Assembly: GCA_951406725.2 (NCBI GenBank)
Contig: OX597821.1
Coordinates: forward strand, 56,172,001 to 56,236,000
From: Octopus vulgaris
Lineage: Eukaryota
Length of the DNA: 64,000 bases
Reading direction: 5' to 3'
The notes below the pieces were generated by a model. It worked only from the letters and a program-made list of their open reading frames with translations. It did no database searches and was not told where the DNA came from. Of the stretch, positions 1-15,184 are shown piece by piece (positions within the stretch are counted from its first letter, which is position 1; each line of letters starts with the position of its first letter). A program made the translations under genes and the position numbers.

Positions 1-44
1 TATATATATATATATATATATATACATATATATGTACATATATA

Positions 45-126
<82 letters not shown>

Positions 127-131
127 GTATT

Positions 132-167
<36 letters not shown>

Positions 168-261
168 TGTATGTGTGTGCGCGTGTGCGCGTAGTGCGCG
201 TGTGTGCTTATATGTGTATGTCTATGAGTGTGCTTCTGTGTATATGTGCATATATATATAT

Positions 262-449
262 ATTAGAGTTACAGAATACTTCTTGCTAGAAATAGGAATC
301 ATCACTCTAAATCCACAAATTTCTCATTGTTTTATTCATCTATTTTTCAAAATAGTCATTTCATTTTGTTCATGTGAATGCCCCAGTGACATTCAAAAAC
401 GAACATAAGGTGAGTCAGTACAATATACAATTTAATAAAGGATTATTAC

Positions 450-518
<69 letters not shown>

Positions 519-1186
519 CATAACGTGGCCTGCAAGCTAGCCTATATAGGTAAAAATATACGAATAAATAAAGTAGCCTACCGGAATAACACTTGCTGCA
601 AAATAGGAGTCAACACTGCAAATCCACAAATTTCTCACTTTTAAGAAGTACACACAGTGAATGTGACGAATATAATAAATATAGTCTTTACCTTCTATAA
701 ACTACAAAGCAAGAAAGATATCTTGGTATCAACTGATCTCACCTCCGTACTTTAGTACTTAATGATTCTGGTACCCTACTTTATTTATTTGTATATTTTA
801 CCTATTTATGTTCACTTGCTCGTCACTTTATTATTATTTTTAATAATGATATTAACACTTTATTAAATTTTATATTGTACTAACTCAATTCATGTTCGTT
901 TTTGAACGTCGCGAGGGCATTCAGATGAAGAAACGCGCACAGTGTAATGAAATGAATATTTTGAAAAATAGCTTAGCTGATGATCCTTAAGTACTAACGT
1001 ACAAAAAGTGAAATCAATTAACCAAGATATCTGTTCTTGCTTTGTGGTTTATACAAGGTAAGGCCTATATTTATTATATTCGTCACATTCACCGTGCGTG
1101 TTTCTTAACAGTGAGAAATTTGTGGATTTGTAGTGTTGACTCCTATTTCTAGCAAGTGGTATCCCGGTACTATATTTTATTTATTT
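262..1186. mobile_element. Head-to-head pair of a ~396-nt hammerhead-bearing PLE/retrozyme-like monomer
   Basis: ~560-769 is the diverged reverse complement of ~980-1186 and ~345-580 of ~775-970; the plus arm starts and ends with ggtac..ta.tttatttatt (770 and 1166). Confidence 0.75.
972..1026 (+). ncRNA. Decayed type I hammerhead ribozyme
   Basis: cttag-CTGATGA(977)-stem II with gtac/gtac-GAAA(1010); consensus with the mirror copy gives GAAA-TCAATTGA-TA-CCAAG. Confidence 0.6.
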
Positions 1187-1701
1187 GTTTATTCTACATA
1201 TACAGGTTAATGCGGTGAGGCTCGGCTTTCCACAGCTCAGCCCATGTCGCTTTCCTCTCAACCGCATTCTCCCATCTTGTCCATACTCCCCGTTGCTTCG
1301 TTTCCACTGCCTTGCATGTTCTCACCAGAATCGTGATAATTTTCAACTACTGACAGCAAACATATATATTTGCACATATGTATACATATATAAAGGCACT
1401 TATAAGTGAAAAAAAATGTGGGACAGAAACATGTACAAACAAGCATATTTAAAGCATACATGCATTCGTTTTCCAATTTTGACCATCAAAGAAGAAATTA
1501 CTGGAATCTTATTTAATGAATGTTATTGTTTGTGATAATTCCGGGAAGCTGTAATATATTCTCATTGAACTAAGCCAGAATCAAATTTTTGATGAAGTGC
1601 CATGACTCAACCTAAATTGTAATTAGTTGTGAGTTGAATGTTGGGCTAGTTTGTCCGTAATTCCACTAGGATCCTTACAACACATGGCAGCTATATCGTG
1701 G

Positions 1702-1736
1702 AACAGGTTCAACTTCTAATAGAAGTTGAACCTGTT
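1702..1736. repeat. Perfect 17-bp palindrome with 1-nt spacer
   Basis: aacaggttcaacttcta-a-tagaagttgaacctgtt. Confidence 0.9.
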
Positions 1737-2653
1737 AAAAGGTACATTGCATCTTTGCAAATAAAATTAACATTTAGTCGTGTAAGGCATAAACCAATTG
1801 ATTTGAAATTCGTATACCGCTTCTGGCATTGTGATGTATCTTAAAACAGACACATTCGTGATCTTGTCAAATTAATAGCAGCTGTTATTGAAATAAATAC
1901 ATTATCAAAAGAGCCACAGAAGCGACACAATGTAGGCGTATTTTGCTGCATTTAGCAGCAAAATACATGCATAATGGAAATCCAATGGCATGAGTTTTTT
2001 TGTCTTCTATCATAATTCTATTCTGACGTAGGGTGTCAAATAAACACATTAACTCGAACTCAATACTTCACTATTATGTTATATCATCGCTCCGGTAAGG
2101 GAAACGAAAAAGTTAACCCGGAAGGATTCGAAAATAGAGTGTAAAGGGCTGTAACTAAATACGCTCTAACGATTCCGATAATTATCACCTTGCCCTTAAA
2201 TCAATTCTGCCAATCACCCCGTCACTACTATAAAGGAAAAATACAATTCAGTTAACACAAAGGGGAGGAATAGTCGAGACAGCAGAACGCGAGACAGAAT
2301 GCTGTAGTGTATCTAGTACGGTACCTCACTCTTCCGAGTTCATATCTCATTTGGGTCGTTGATTTTCACAACTCTGTTGCCGATAAAATGAATACCAGTT
2401 TTATACTGAAGTCGATTCAATTGGCTATAACTTGTCCCCTACAAAATCGGTCTCGTACCTAGTCAAAAGAAATTAATATCAGTCATTGTAACACTGCAAA
2501 TCCTATTTATTCAAAATACGCTATTTTATAAAAGGTTTTATTTGCATTATGAATTAAGGTTTGTGCGCATTATTTCCTTATGTATCGACAATAACACTCG
2601 AAGATTGATGCTTGCATATGCACACGAACGCACCCACCCACACGTCCACACAC

Positions 2654-2734
<81 letters not shown>

Positions 2735-4789
2735 GATAGATATACATACGAGAAAACACGGCGCGAATAATACATAGACAGATCTAGTTTCTTTGGAATT
2801 CATTTATCTCGAGATGCAATGGAGTTTTTCACCATTGCTCAGTTATGACTTCAGTTGCAGGCAAAATACATGAGAGGAAGACGTCTTAAATGATTTTGCT
2901 GCCATTATTCTCCGTGAAATTGAAGTGACGTTTTCAGGGCACAATACTGGCCGGACTGTGTGGAGATCCATGATTGTCCAGATATCAGAATCTCCCTTAC
3001 AGCCTTGATGGTGTAGTCCAAAGGAGAACAGAACAGCACCACTTGAGAACGCTTAGTTGCAGAAATTTCAGGAAAAAGTATTAAATTGAACACCAAATCA
3101 CTATAAGGCTTTCCTCTGGATTTAATACGAGATTCATTCACGAGGCTAATTTGTTGTAACTGGGAATCAGTAACACTGGCCAGGGAGTCAAGTAGGTACA
3201 GTCAACACTAGCCAGGTGTGTCATAACTTATCTGAAATAACTTATCTGCCAAATTTTGTCAATTTTCAAAGGAAATTACTACTAGTTACATTTGAAGTCT
3301 TCTTTGAGCAGTCAGACGTCAGTTTACTTGGAAAGAGACAATGTAGTTATTAATAACGAGAGTAGACATTAACTCATGAACGATTTCACAGCTCTAGCAA
3401 AATTCCATCAAAGACTGCTTATGAACATTACAGCCCACCCTCGTACGTACGTACATAGACAGATACACGAGCATATGTATATGTGCATGTGTGTGCGTGT
3501 GTTCGTGCATGCGCGCGTGTACAGATATAAATATATATATGTTTGTGCGTGTGTGTGTGTGTATACTCCAGACCATAGAATACATTTTAAAATGGTAAAA
3601 CTTTCAGTTGGTGCAAAAAAAAAATTAATATTTCTAACCATTGCAACAGAATGCTTTCGAAAGTTCATAATTTTTATTATTGCATAACAATAATTCTATA
3701 TGTTTGTTCTTAGCCACGCCAACATGCACAAGATATGTTTAATGTTTGTGAGGAATACGAATAAGAAAGGAAGTCGAGGATAGATGTAATTGACTCTAAT
3801 TCCGAGCATCAATGAGAAGTTCTTCAACTGAAAGTTTAATAAGTTACTTTTATTTTTGTCAGATGCAAATTAATACTAGTGGAAATGATATAATCTGAAA
3901 TGTCATTATGTGCATTCTTCATTTTCGAATTTGATATCTAAATAATGGTATTTTCTACGTAGCGGAGGCGGGTGTTAGAGAGAAAATGGCAAACTTCTTG
4001 AGATTCGTGATTCCATCTGCCTTTGATTCTCAGTAAAAGATTAAAATGTGGCTCATACAATCTTTCCTCATTGTATTTAAACCATCAAAGCTCCTGGAAA
4101 GATATGAACGTCTAGATATTGTATTCCTCTTCTCCTAAAATAAAACATCTACATGTTTGTGTGTGTGAGCGCACGTGTGTGTACGTGCGTGTGGTATTAC
4201 TGTGTTCGTGTCTGCGTTTACTTTCAAACTGGTCTAAATAACGTTGTTGTTTACATTCTGTAGTATAGCACTTGGACAAATAAAGATAGAAATAAATACA
4301 GGGATGGGTACAATTTAATAAAATCTCTGTTGTTGGTATCTCAGATTGTTGCTGTTTGATGTCGAAACCAATAAACGAATAAAACATAGGAAAGAACTAT
4401 TTCTAAGCACTTTGTTTAGGATTAGAAACGTTTCGGCGCCGGATTAATAAGCGGAAGTATTTCATTTTTGTTCTTAAACAGCGTGAATTCAAATTTCGTG
4501 TGTCTTGAATATGTAGATTCAGTCGAGCGTGAGTGCGCGTGCAGATGTTTGTGTGAACATAAGCAGTAAACATACAAACGTCCAGTTCAAGTATTTCTCC
4601 GTAGATTGAATAAGTTGAAGAGCCTTAATCGATTTTCGACACATTTTGGGGTCTCAAGAGAGACCAATCCCACAAGTAGCCAATCCATTTGTATACATAT
4701 TATATATAACTGTTGCAGAGAACTGGAGCTGCTAATTTGTATACTATAATACTTTGACTCTAATATGAAGGTTAAGTGCGTGCGTGTGT

Positions 4790-4874
<85 letters not shown>

Positions 4875-5210
4875 ATATCTATCTGTCTGTCTATGTCTGT
4901 CTATCTATTTACTTTTATACTGTCTACTAATATGTTCCTGCTTACGGCATACAAGCGGTCAAAAAGGTACAACTTGTTGCACTACTACTATTGGCAATAC
5001 TAAACACTCATCAGACATACTGACCAGAAGCATGTCTGATGCGTTGTCTGGATTGGTAGGTACAATTGTAGAATCGAAAGACAAGAAATCTTTCAGCCTG
5101 GTTACATACCGTAACTAGGAACTTACTAGTCGTTAATGTAAAAGTATAACCGCTTAAACTCTGTTACAGTATGCTATATTTCTGACTTTAGCCAACTGAC
5201 CGACAATATA

Positions 5211-5298
<88 letters not shown>

Positions 5299-5599
5299 GC
5301 ATATATATATATATATTATATTCTATTCCATAAGAACATATGAAAATTGCAGTTATGCACACATAGAAGATTCTGGAAGGTCTAGCTCACAACTTTGGAT
5401 TTGAAAGCTATGCCAATCACCAAACTGGATGGCAATGCAATGTACCAAAGCTTCCGTCTTCTCCATCCGAAATAAGAATCCATTACTGTAACAGCTTGGG
5501 TTTCACGGGTTCACAAATATTCAACATACTCCCGTGTAGCGTCAGTGATTTGCGTGATGTAGATGTGGAGATCTAAAAACGCCTGGACAAATTTTAATG

Positions 5600-5632
<33 letters not shown>

Positions 5633-6196
5633 ACGTGACATTTACTTCACTACCTTACGTACTTTTAATAAGTAAAAGATGATTTTTTTTTATGCATAAT
5701 GCAATTTACAGAATGTATATTAAATAATCAACACTTACTGTCAAATCGTCAGAAAAGTGCTATTATCATGCTTTGGAGTGGAATTGTTAGAGTATCGTTG
5801 TTGGAGTGAAAAATGATAGCAGTCGACGTAGTAAAGATGGTCCACGAATGTACTTAGATGTTTCATGTTTTATTTTGTTTTCTAAATACACTTCGTCTAA
5901 CATTGAAACCAGAATGTAATAACAAAAGATAAAATTGCAATGCACGCACAGAAATCCCTATTGAATTCTTAATACTGGTTATTTGCCAAGAAGTTTAAAT
6001 TGCATTGGACGAATAATATATAAACTTCAATACGGTTAAACATATTTACTCAGTTGATGACTTTTACACCGTTACTCGTTCTACAAATGTTTTTTTTTTA
6101 GTTAACAAATACAAATTTGTATTGTAATGTAAACACTAAAAATCAAGTTTGCGCCAAGTTATCCATTTTAATGGCTAATGCAGCTTACAAGTGATC

Positions 6197-7998
6197 TACA
6201 AGTCATCCCATAAGTAACGTCCGGACTTCTATATTTTCAATTTGTAAACGCTTTAACAGTATTTTAGATTGTCTAATGGCATCAAGTAATATTTATCTGT
6301 ATTTGAAGATATTTAAACTAATTAAATTTCATTTTGCAGGATAACTTAATTGAAATTTCACTGATTATAGCTCTTATAGTTGGTCAAAAATGTTATCAAC
6401 AGCAGATATGACGTCATCACCATTTAGGTAGTGGTTCCGAGCCATTTTTTTTTTTAATGTTGGAGAATCAATGATAGCGAGATGGATTCAAGCAATGTCA
6501 GATTTTCCCGTAAAGTGAGCTAGGTGAGCTTTGATCAGATGTCAGAAGACATATAGTGTCTAAAGAGCATTTGAGGCACATAATGCTTTATGAGTTTAAA
6601 AAAAGGAACCCTGCAGCCGAGGCGACTCGAAATATTCACTCAGCTTATGAAGAAGAATGCCTGAATGAAAGACCTTGTAGAAGACGGTTTGTAAAATTCA
6701 GAAGTGGAGATTTGAGCCTTGAATATGGCCAAGCTCCTTTCGACAGAACTTGAAAATGATCATGCAGCTTTAGTCGAAGAATTGGCAAACTAGCTTCATT
6801 CAAGCCATACAACTGTTCACGTCCGTCTTCAGCAGCTTGGGAAGGTCCCAAAACTCGGAAAATTGGGTGTCTCATGATTTGTCTGAAGCCAACCGCAAAT
6901 CCCGAGTGAACATTTGCTTTTCTCTTCGTTCTCGTGAACTCGTCTCGGCCTTTTTGGACAGACTGATGACCGGGGATGGAAACTGGGTTTATCTATAAGA
7001 ATGTTAAGCGTCGTAGACATTGGCTTGATGAAGGGGAAAACACCCAACCACAGCCGGAAGGGGAACTCCATGCAAAGACGGTTCTTCTCTCTGTTTGGTT
7101 GAATTGCAAAGAAGTCATCTACGATAAGTTGCTACCAACTAATGCAACAACCAATGCTCAAATCAACAGTTAAGAATTAGAGTGTTTAGAGGTTGTGCTA
7201 AATTAAAAAGAAAGATATGCTTTAGTGAATCGAAAGGGACTGTGCTGTTTCATCAGGAAAATGCAAAATCCCACACTGCAAAGATAAGGTCACAGAAGGT
7301 CGAAGAACTTGGCCCGGAAGAAATTGCTCATTTGCCTTATTCTCCAGACCTTACTCCTTCAGGTTACCATTTGTTCTGTAGTTTACAGAATCATTTGGAT
7401 GGATTAACTCTCGAAACAACCGACGAAATAAAAACTGACCTTTCAGAGTTCTCTTCGAAACCGAAAGATTTTTTCACTAATGGGATTCACAAACTTACGA
7501 GTAAATGGAAAGATGTCATAGATAATCATAGAAACTATACTCTCCCTTTACTCTTTTACTTGTTTCAGTCACTTGACTGCGGCCATGCTGGAGCACCGCC
7601 TTTTAATCGAGCCACTCGACCCCGGGACTTATTCTTTTGTAAGCCCAGTACTTATTCTATCGGTCTCTTTTGCCGAACCGCTAAGTAACGGGGACATAAA
7701 CACACCAGCATCGGTTGTCAAGCAATGCTAGGGGACAAACACAGACACACAAACACACACACGCATATATATATATATATATATACATATATACCACGGG
7801 CTTCTTTCAGTTTCCGTCTACCAAATCCACTCACAAGGCTTTGGTCGGCCAGAGGCTATAGTAGAAGACACTTGCCCAAGGTGCCATGCAGTGGGACTGA
7901 ACCCGGAACCATGTGGTTGGTAGACAAGCTACTTACCACACAGCCACATTAATTTTAATCACTTGTTTTCCTTATTCAAAATCAAGACATTACTTATA
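6197..7998 (+). mobile_element. Decayed mariner transposon interrupted by a SINE
   Basis: Frameshifted transposase 6556-7540 (HLRHIMLYEF, TGD, FHQENAKSH, YSPDLTPSGYHLF); left TIR agtcatcccataagtaacgtcc, partial right TIR gacattacttat. Confidence 0.92.
7541..7947 (-). mobile_element. tRNA-derived CORE-type SINE (family A)
   Basis: A/B-box-like head, ggcaccttgggcaagtgtctt core-like motif, internal microsatellite; near-identical copies at 39427 and 40294. Confidence 0.9.
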
Positions 7999-9433
7999 TA
8001 TTGCTTCCTCTTCGTGGTTTTCAGTCGTGAATATCGCCCTCAAATTGTAACAACTTCCTGACCCTTTTACATAATTGATGTGTGGGTCACATGTAAATTG
8101 TTTATCCAATGAAATAGAGTTGTATTGGTACCATATTTTGCTTTAAATGTTTTCATTACGGAAGAAATCTTCGTCTCCCGACGGAACGAAGTTTTGTGTA
8201 AGCTCCAAGTAGCGTCGTAAAATACATTAACTGGGTGTATTTAATTATTAGACTTTACAATGTATATTTAGTACTTTTTCTCTTTTTGATTATAAGGAAC
8301 GCATGTGTTTTTACGTATATATGTGTGTATACAGACACATCATATATGTACAGTAAATCTTTTAAAAGAAATGCAGGCTCAGCTAACCAGCTGACGATCG
8401 GAAGCGAGTATCTCTGAGAACTGGAAATTGGAGCCTTTGAGTTATAATGTATTAAATAATACACTACATATGTACTGAGTCCTGTAATGCATTATTCTTA
8501 ATGGAATCAAAAGAGAAATCTGTACATCGGCTGCTGGGGAATGGAAAACAAATTATAGAATTTCCCATAAGAACTTTACGATTTTTGAGCTTTAAAAATA
8601 AATTTATAATATTTTGCCGCTTGCATTTATGTTTCAAAGTCAGCGTTGCCATCGACAAGACAGTCAATAAATTAATCATCAGTTATGTACTGTGGTGAAT
8701 TAAATCTACAAAGAAGAACATTTTTTATGTCAAAGATATGAGAATAATGGATCGATTAATTAGTAGAATTTAAATTTGTCTTCCTAAGTCATCCAGTGAA
8801 ATTCCCGCTGGGGTTAATAAAGTTTGTTACCCGTATCATTTGCTATAAAATCGGCAGTTTTAGTATATAAGGAATCAATATTTGTACCATTGCTCTATCT
8901 CATGTTAAAATCTCATCGGATAAAGTAATTACCCCAGAAAGGAAAAATGTATCAGAATTATGAAATATATTTAGTCACCTCTGCTCTTCGCTTGCAAATT
9001 TCAGCTTGCTGCCTTGTCCATAAAAATCAATATTTACATAGAAACTGCCAGACGTTACAAGGAAAGCATAGACGATTAAATTGATTGCAGTCAAAAGTAA
9101 GTCAAAGTTGGCCCCTGAAGGATTGCAATTTCAAACGTATCGACGTATATAGTGAATGATGTGTGGTATCGTTCTACGATTCTCTAGCAATTTGCTACCC
9201 ACTATCACTTAAAATCAAGATTTTAATTTGAAATATCCAGGGAAAAGGTCTCTTCTAATTAAGCTACTCCAAAGAACAATGTAAAGGTATTTTAAATACT
9301 AATGAAGTAACTACAGGAAAAGAAACATTAAAAAAATTGATAATTATGAAATTCATTATCGAGAACAAGTTTCCAAATAGAAGAGACCAGGAGAGAATAT
9401 TTGAGTTTAAAATTGTTCAGCTACGTTGTAGCT

Positions 9434-9518
<85 letters not shown>

Positions 9519-10169
9519 GTGTGTGTGCGTGTGTGTGGTAGACAAATATGTCTCTTCAGCGCAAAGATGATGTTTATATGTTTTTATTATTGGATTGTTT
9601 AGAAACGTTCAGAAGACAACGTTTACGGACATAATTTACTTCAATAATAAATAGAAATTGGCGTTATGATCCGAATAGTTGAAGAGATATAATTTGTGAA
9701 CTTTTGAAATTTGACCTTATGGAAGTGTTGCGTGAATGTTTTCATAGCTTCAATATTGAAAAAAATAGACTTTTTCTGACGTATGCTTCTGTGAAAACCA
9801 CAGTGTTTAAGTACTCAAAGCAAACGAATCAGTAAGGAGTGCTCAACGTGTTCACTTGACCTCTAAGGCACAGCAACAGAATGTACCTAAACTGCACTCA
9901 CTGCTTTAAATGTAAAGGCATTTTTGGTAGCCTGGTCGAAGGTTGGGCAGGGAATGAAATGGAATGCTCTTCGTTAGAGATCTTCCTCCTGGACCAGAAT
10001 TTGTGTTAGGAAGAACTAATACGTAAAGGAGAAGGTGAAATCATGCAAAAACCCATAATTTATAAATCAAATGCAAGAAAATATTCACTTTACCTCATAC
10101 CACAAACATTTTCTATATCTTATATAATACACGTCCTAATGACTTTTGATCTTCAAAACTGAAGATTAT

Positions 10170-10238
10170 AGAGTAAGCAGCATTGCTTACTCTCTAATCG
10201 AATGAGAGTAAGCAATGCTGCTTACTCTCATCCGATTA
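10170..10238. repeat. Compound palindrome (a hairpin plus an inverted copy of itself)
   Basis: gagtaagcagcattgcttactctc followed by its reverse complement; 10195-10238 forms a 20-bp stem with one mismatch. Confidence 0.85.
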
Positions 10239-12578
10239 AAAAGATATGTAGTAAGTACTCCTTAATATAGTGTATTTAACAATGATTCTTTGCATAATCC
10301 CAAAATCTCACATTTTAGATTATAAAATATTAAGCGTCTTTTTTAGATTTAACTAAGGGAATTTGCAACACAACTCAAGCTGTTCCATTTTGAAAACAAA
10401 GATTTTGCACAAAACTATCTATTTTCCATGAATCATAGCGATTTTCTCTTCTATCGAATATTACATTGTCTTTTATTTCGATGTAATAATCTTACTTCCA
10501 CCGTAAAAAAAAAATGTATACAGTTTGAAAGCTGTCTAAAAGTTATACATTCTTGAATAGTAATTCCTTAATGTCCCATGCCAAGAAGTGTCATTAAGTT
10601 ACATTCCATGTTCAACTTAACGAAACAATCAGTATATTTTGGCTTTGCAAAAACAAGTGGACGCATAAAATTCAGTCACGCAATGGCTGATGAAAAGACA
10701 ATGTAGAGTCGTAAAAATTATTTTTTAAGTGAATTACCTCATAAAGTTTGATATAGCAGGATAGCATTCCGCTGTCTCAGAAGAACAATTAAGTGCTCGG
10801 TTTGTATGTAGGAAATTTATTTCCTTTATCTCCTCTAATTAGTTGGCTGTAGACTAAACTCTGGCAGTAAACGAATATTTTCTCAGAAACATAATGTAAT
10901 TTATTGAGTAAAGTTGCACAAAACTAATATTTATAACCCTAGTCCTGCATTTCCATATAGAAAACAAGTTATTATAATCCATAATCAATAATAAATCTAA
11001 ATAATTGATACATACCATGTTTTAGCTGGTTGTAAGAATGATGAACTTTTTAACAGAACGATAAGTTTTACTACATGCATATCAGAAGAAACTTTGCCGA
11101 AAAGGGATAAAAATAAACATTCCTTCTGGTATTATACTGAAAATACCTAATAATGCATATAAAATGTTTCAGTATAGAATGCTTTTGCACATAACAATAG
11201 GGCAGCGATTTGGCAGAAACTGTAGTGGGAGAGGGTATTTTGACGTATTTAGTCACTTTCCTTCACACTCTCAGTTAAAGTACTCATTGACACAACATTG
11301 AACGTTACAATAAGTACCGCTAACACCTTGTAATCAGTTAAGAATTTGCTTTGTACCTAATAATTGCTCTTACAACGGAAATATATACTCCTAGAATTCT
11401 AGTCGTTATCATAATGCACAGCCTTAAACTATGAGATCTTATCACTATTCCCTTTAAGTCTCACTTATTGTGATTATGTACTAAAATCAATGCAGGAAGG
11501 GACTTAGAGATAATGTGTTCCGCTAAGATATAAATCCGTTGACACACAACATCAAAACAAAGGCAACGTTGGTGATCCAGACAGGAAATATTTCATTATT
11601 CAGAGTTTATTATGAGTTTATAACGATACACTGATAGTAAAAAATTTCGTATCCGCTCATGATCAAAGATGAAAGAATAGAAATTACAGGCTCGTTATTA
11701 TAGGGACATTTCTATTATAAACTCCAACACGATTGAACCAGCCCAACCAAGGCATATGTTAATACTGAGGATTTATTTTGACTTCTCACAAACAATATAT
11801 TCAGCGAAAAAGGGAAATTAATTTCGCTTTCTTCGAACAGTAATGATGTGAATGAACTTCACTTGAATTAAAGTTGCTTTGTAATTGAGACAAACCAACA
11901 CGTTTCTTTTCAATTAAACAAATTCCCTATATTTCATGACGGACGAATAACGGACAGTTGTGATATTAATGTTTTGCATAAAGGGCATTCTGAGTAGAAT
12001 TATACAACACTCAAATGAGCATCAAAATAACATGTGTGTGTGTGTGCGTGTGCGTGCGTGCGTGTGTGTGTAGATCGGCAGAGACTAGTCACGAGACATT
12101 ATTGATACTGTAGATTAATAAGAATTTCTTGATTAATAGAATTCCGAATTAATCCTAGATTCCACATTGTGCCATTTTCCGAAGTTATGTATTTTGTGAC
12201 AGTTCGGCAATCGAAGAAAACTGATGTTTCCTTTAAATTATAACACAAGCTGTAGATAAAAATTCACAGATGGACATAATCTTGCGAAAATTATATTATT
12301 ATCTTTTGATTTAATTTCTCATTCTAGGAAAAATGTCTGACATGGGTATTTTCACTTTTCGTTCGCAATAGAAACATAATCTGATTTGAATTACATTATC
12401 CTTGCAAATATGCTCTGGTATTATCGATGCAAATATCAAACTCTTGATGATTTATTCGAAGCAGTAGATATATTGAAATATATTTATCTGAAAACAAGAC
12501 ACCCTTCTTTCTGGTAAGAAATACTGCGGATTACTGATGAACAACAGATGCTAGAATCAGGTTACTAAGTGAAGGTTG

Positions 12579-12617
<39 letters not shown>

Positions 12618-12618
12618 G

Positions 12619-12653
<35 letters not shown>

Positions 12654-12875
12654 GGACAAATATATGGTGATTGTAAGTCGAAGGAAACTAGAGATAAGAC
12701 GCTATTTACAACTACTTACAATTCTCATTAGCATCCACTGTTACATTAATCGAATAGAATCATTTATCGCAAAATATATAGTTAAATAAGTGTAAAAATA
12801 GAAAACAGAGATTCTCTTTCTAATAACAAATCAAAAATAACATGAGTAAATAAAATTTATAAATTCTAGTTAGAA

Positions 12876-14154
12876 TATCTTAATCCACTAAGTTCCCGCG
12901 GTTTTTTTAAATTTTGGAATTTATTGCGCTTTTAAATTTGGAATCTATTTTTTCGAGATTTCTATTTTGGAATCATTTCTGTATCTACTTTTTTCTAGTC
13001 AATTTTAGTTAATTTTGTTTATTTTTAGATAGTAAAATTGGAATGTGAAGTTAAGAAAAACGAGCATTTTTGACACCTCCTTCTTGTTGCTTTTAATCAA
13101 GGTTCTAAGGCCGCAAAATCTGCTTGCACCATTTGTGCTGTGTATGGAGAGGGTGCCATAGCTGAAAGAACCGCTCGTGATTAATATGCCAAGTTCAGAA
13201 ATGGAGATTTTGACCTCAAAAACTCACCTCGTTCTGACCGTCCAGTTGAGTTCGATGAAGAGCGATTGAACTAACTTTTGCACGAAGATTCTCGTCAACG
13301 ATAAAGGAACTGGCAGAGAAAATAGAATGCTTCCACACTGCTATAGAGAATCATCTTCATTCGATGGGAAAGGTTCACAAGTATGGGGCATGGGTTCTGC
13401 TTGCTTTAAGGGACAAGAACAAAAATCAACGAGCCACAATCTCCGCTGGTTTGTTTGCTCGTCGACGCTCAAGTCGTGGACACAGGCAATGATTTCTTTA
13501 CCGAATCGTTACTGGTGACGAAAAATGGTGCCTGTACATCAATATGAAGCACCGTAAGGAATGGCTTAGCACCGGTAAACAAGCAACACTGCGCGTGAAA
13601 CAAGATCTTCATCCGCGTAAAACGATGTTGTGCGTATGATGGGACTAGGAAGGGATTATTCCTTATGGATTGCTTGAACGGAATCAAACGGTCAACGCGG
13701 AACTCTATGGCACGATGGAACGACTCAACATGGGTATTCAAGAGAGAAGACCTAATCGGCAGCATGGAGTTGATCTGCTGCATGGCAACGCCCGCCCTCA
13801 TATCGCCAATATGACCAAGGAAGCCATTCAAACGCATGGCTGGGAAATGCTGCCACATCCGCCGTACTCTCCTGGTTCGGCACCAACAGATTTCCACCTC
13901 TTTCGATCTCTTTCAAATGCTATGCGCGGAGTTTCGTTCAATACTGATGCAGAATTGAGAGCTTTGCTGGATCAATTATTCAAGACGAAATCGGGGGATT
14001 TCTACCAACGAGGTACTGAATATCTTGTTGAACGTTGGGAAGAAGTTGTAAACAACGAAAGTAAATACATTATTAATTAGTTGTTATTTTTTATTTACCC
14101 TTTTAAGAAATTTAAATTTTAAAAAAACGGTGGGAATTTAGTGGCCGACCTAAT
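12876..14154 (+). mobile_element. Near full-length decayed mariner transposon
   Basis: TIRs ccactaagttcccgcggttttttt / aaaaaaacggtgggaatttagtgg; transposase 13038-14080 with stops (VTGDEKW, LLHGNARPH, YSPGSAPTDFHLF). Confidence 0.95.
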
Positions 14155-15026
14155 ATATATAATAATCCACATACATGTATATAAACCCAATGTTGCCTGA
14201 AGAAATGGCGTGGGTTATGTAATAATGTAAGATTATGAAACATGTCTAATATTATGAATTATTGAACAACGTTCACACTATAGAATAAGTCATAAACATA
14301 GATGTGTGTTTAAGAACTTCGCGTCGCATCCATGTGCATTCGGCTTTAACGCCCCTATATCTTCTACTATAGTTTCGAGCGAATTTAATGGCCGAAAACT
14401 GCGATGAAACCCGTTATTTAGGAGTGTGTGTGTGTCTATATGCTTGTTACTTACCTTTGTAAGTTTAATTACAAACCAGTAAGCAGATTGTTGACTAAAA
14501 ATTAAACTAGTATAAAAAGTGCGAGACTCAAAAGAAAGTGCTAGAGGCGAATTGATAGACTAAAACCACGTCAAGACGTTGCCTTAGTAATGATTACAGT
14601 TCAATAAATGAAACAGGTAAACAGTGAACGAATATATACATACACGCACACGCATATGTATGTATATTGATCATAAAAAGCTTATGATATATTCCGTCTA
14701 TTTATTGATTTCATTTGTTTCTCTGAAGAATCTGCCTAAAATATATTGATGTAGAAGAAATTTACCGTAACATCATTTTACTTTTGCCCATATTTTTATA
14801 TCTGTAAATGAAACCATGAATCTCTAAGACATTCTCTGTTTCTCTTGTCTCGAAAGTTTAGGAAAATCATTGTTCGTGATTCTTTGGCATGTGGTTTATA
14901 TCGAAATATCGAAGGTAAAAATCAATATCTTTGATATATGGCTTTCCATCAACCTTTCTGGACGGGGGTCACATTAATTTTCAAAAATAGCATGGAAACG
15001 TACACGTATATAGCCATAAAAAAGTG

Positions 15027-15057
<31 letters not shown>

Positions 15058-15184
15058 ATGCATGTATGTATGCATGTGTATATATATATGTATAGATACA
15101 TATATAATATATGAATATAAAGTACATATATTTATATATAATTTATATATAATATACTTACATATATATATATATATATATATA

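Noticed and set aside
5007-5044. 10-bp inverted repeat catcagacat/atgtctgatg
   Set aside because: Short, with no GAAA partner; insufficient evidence for a ribozyme or miRNA
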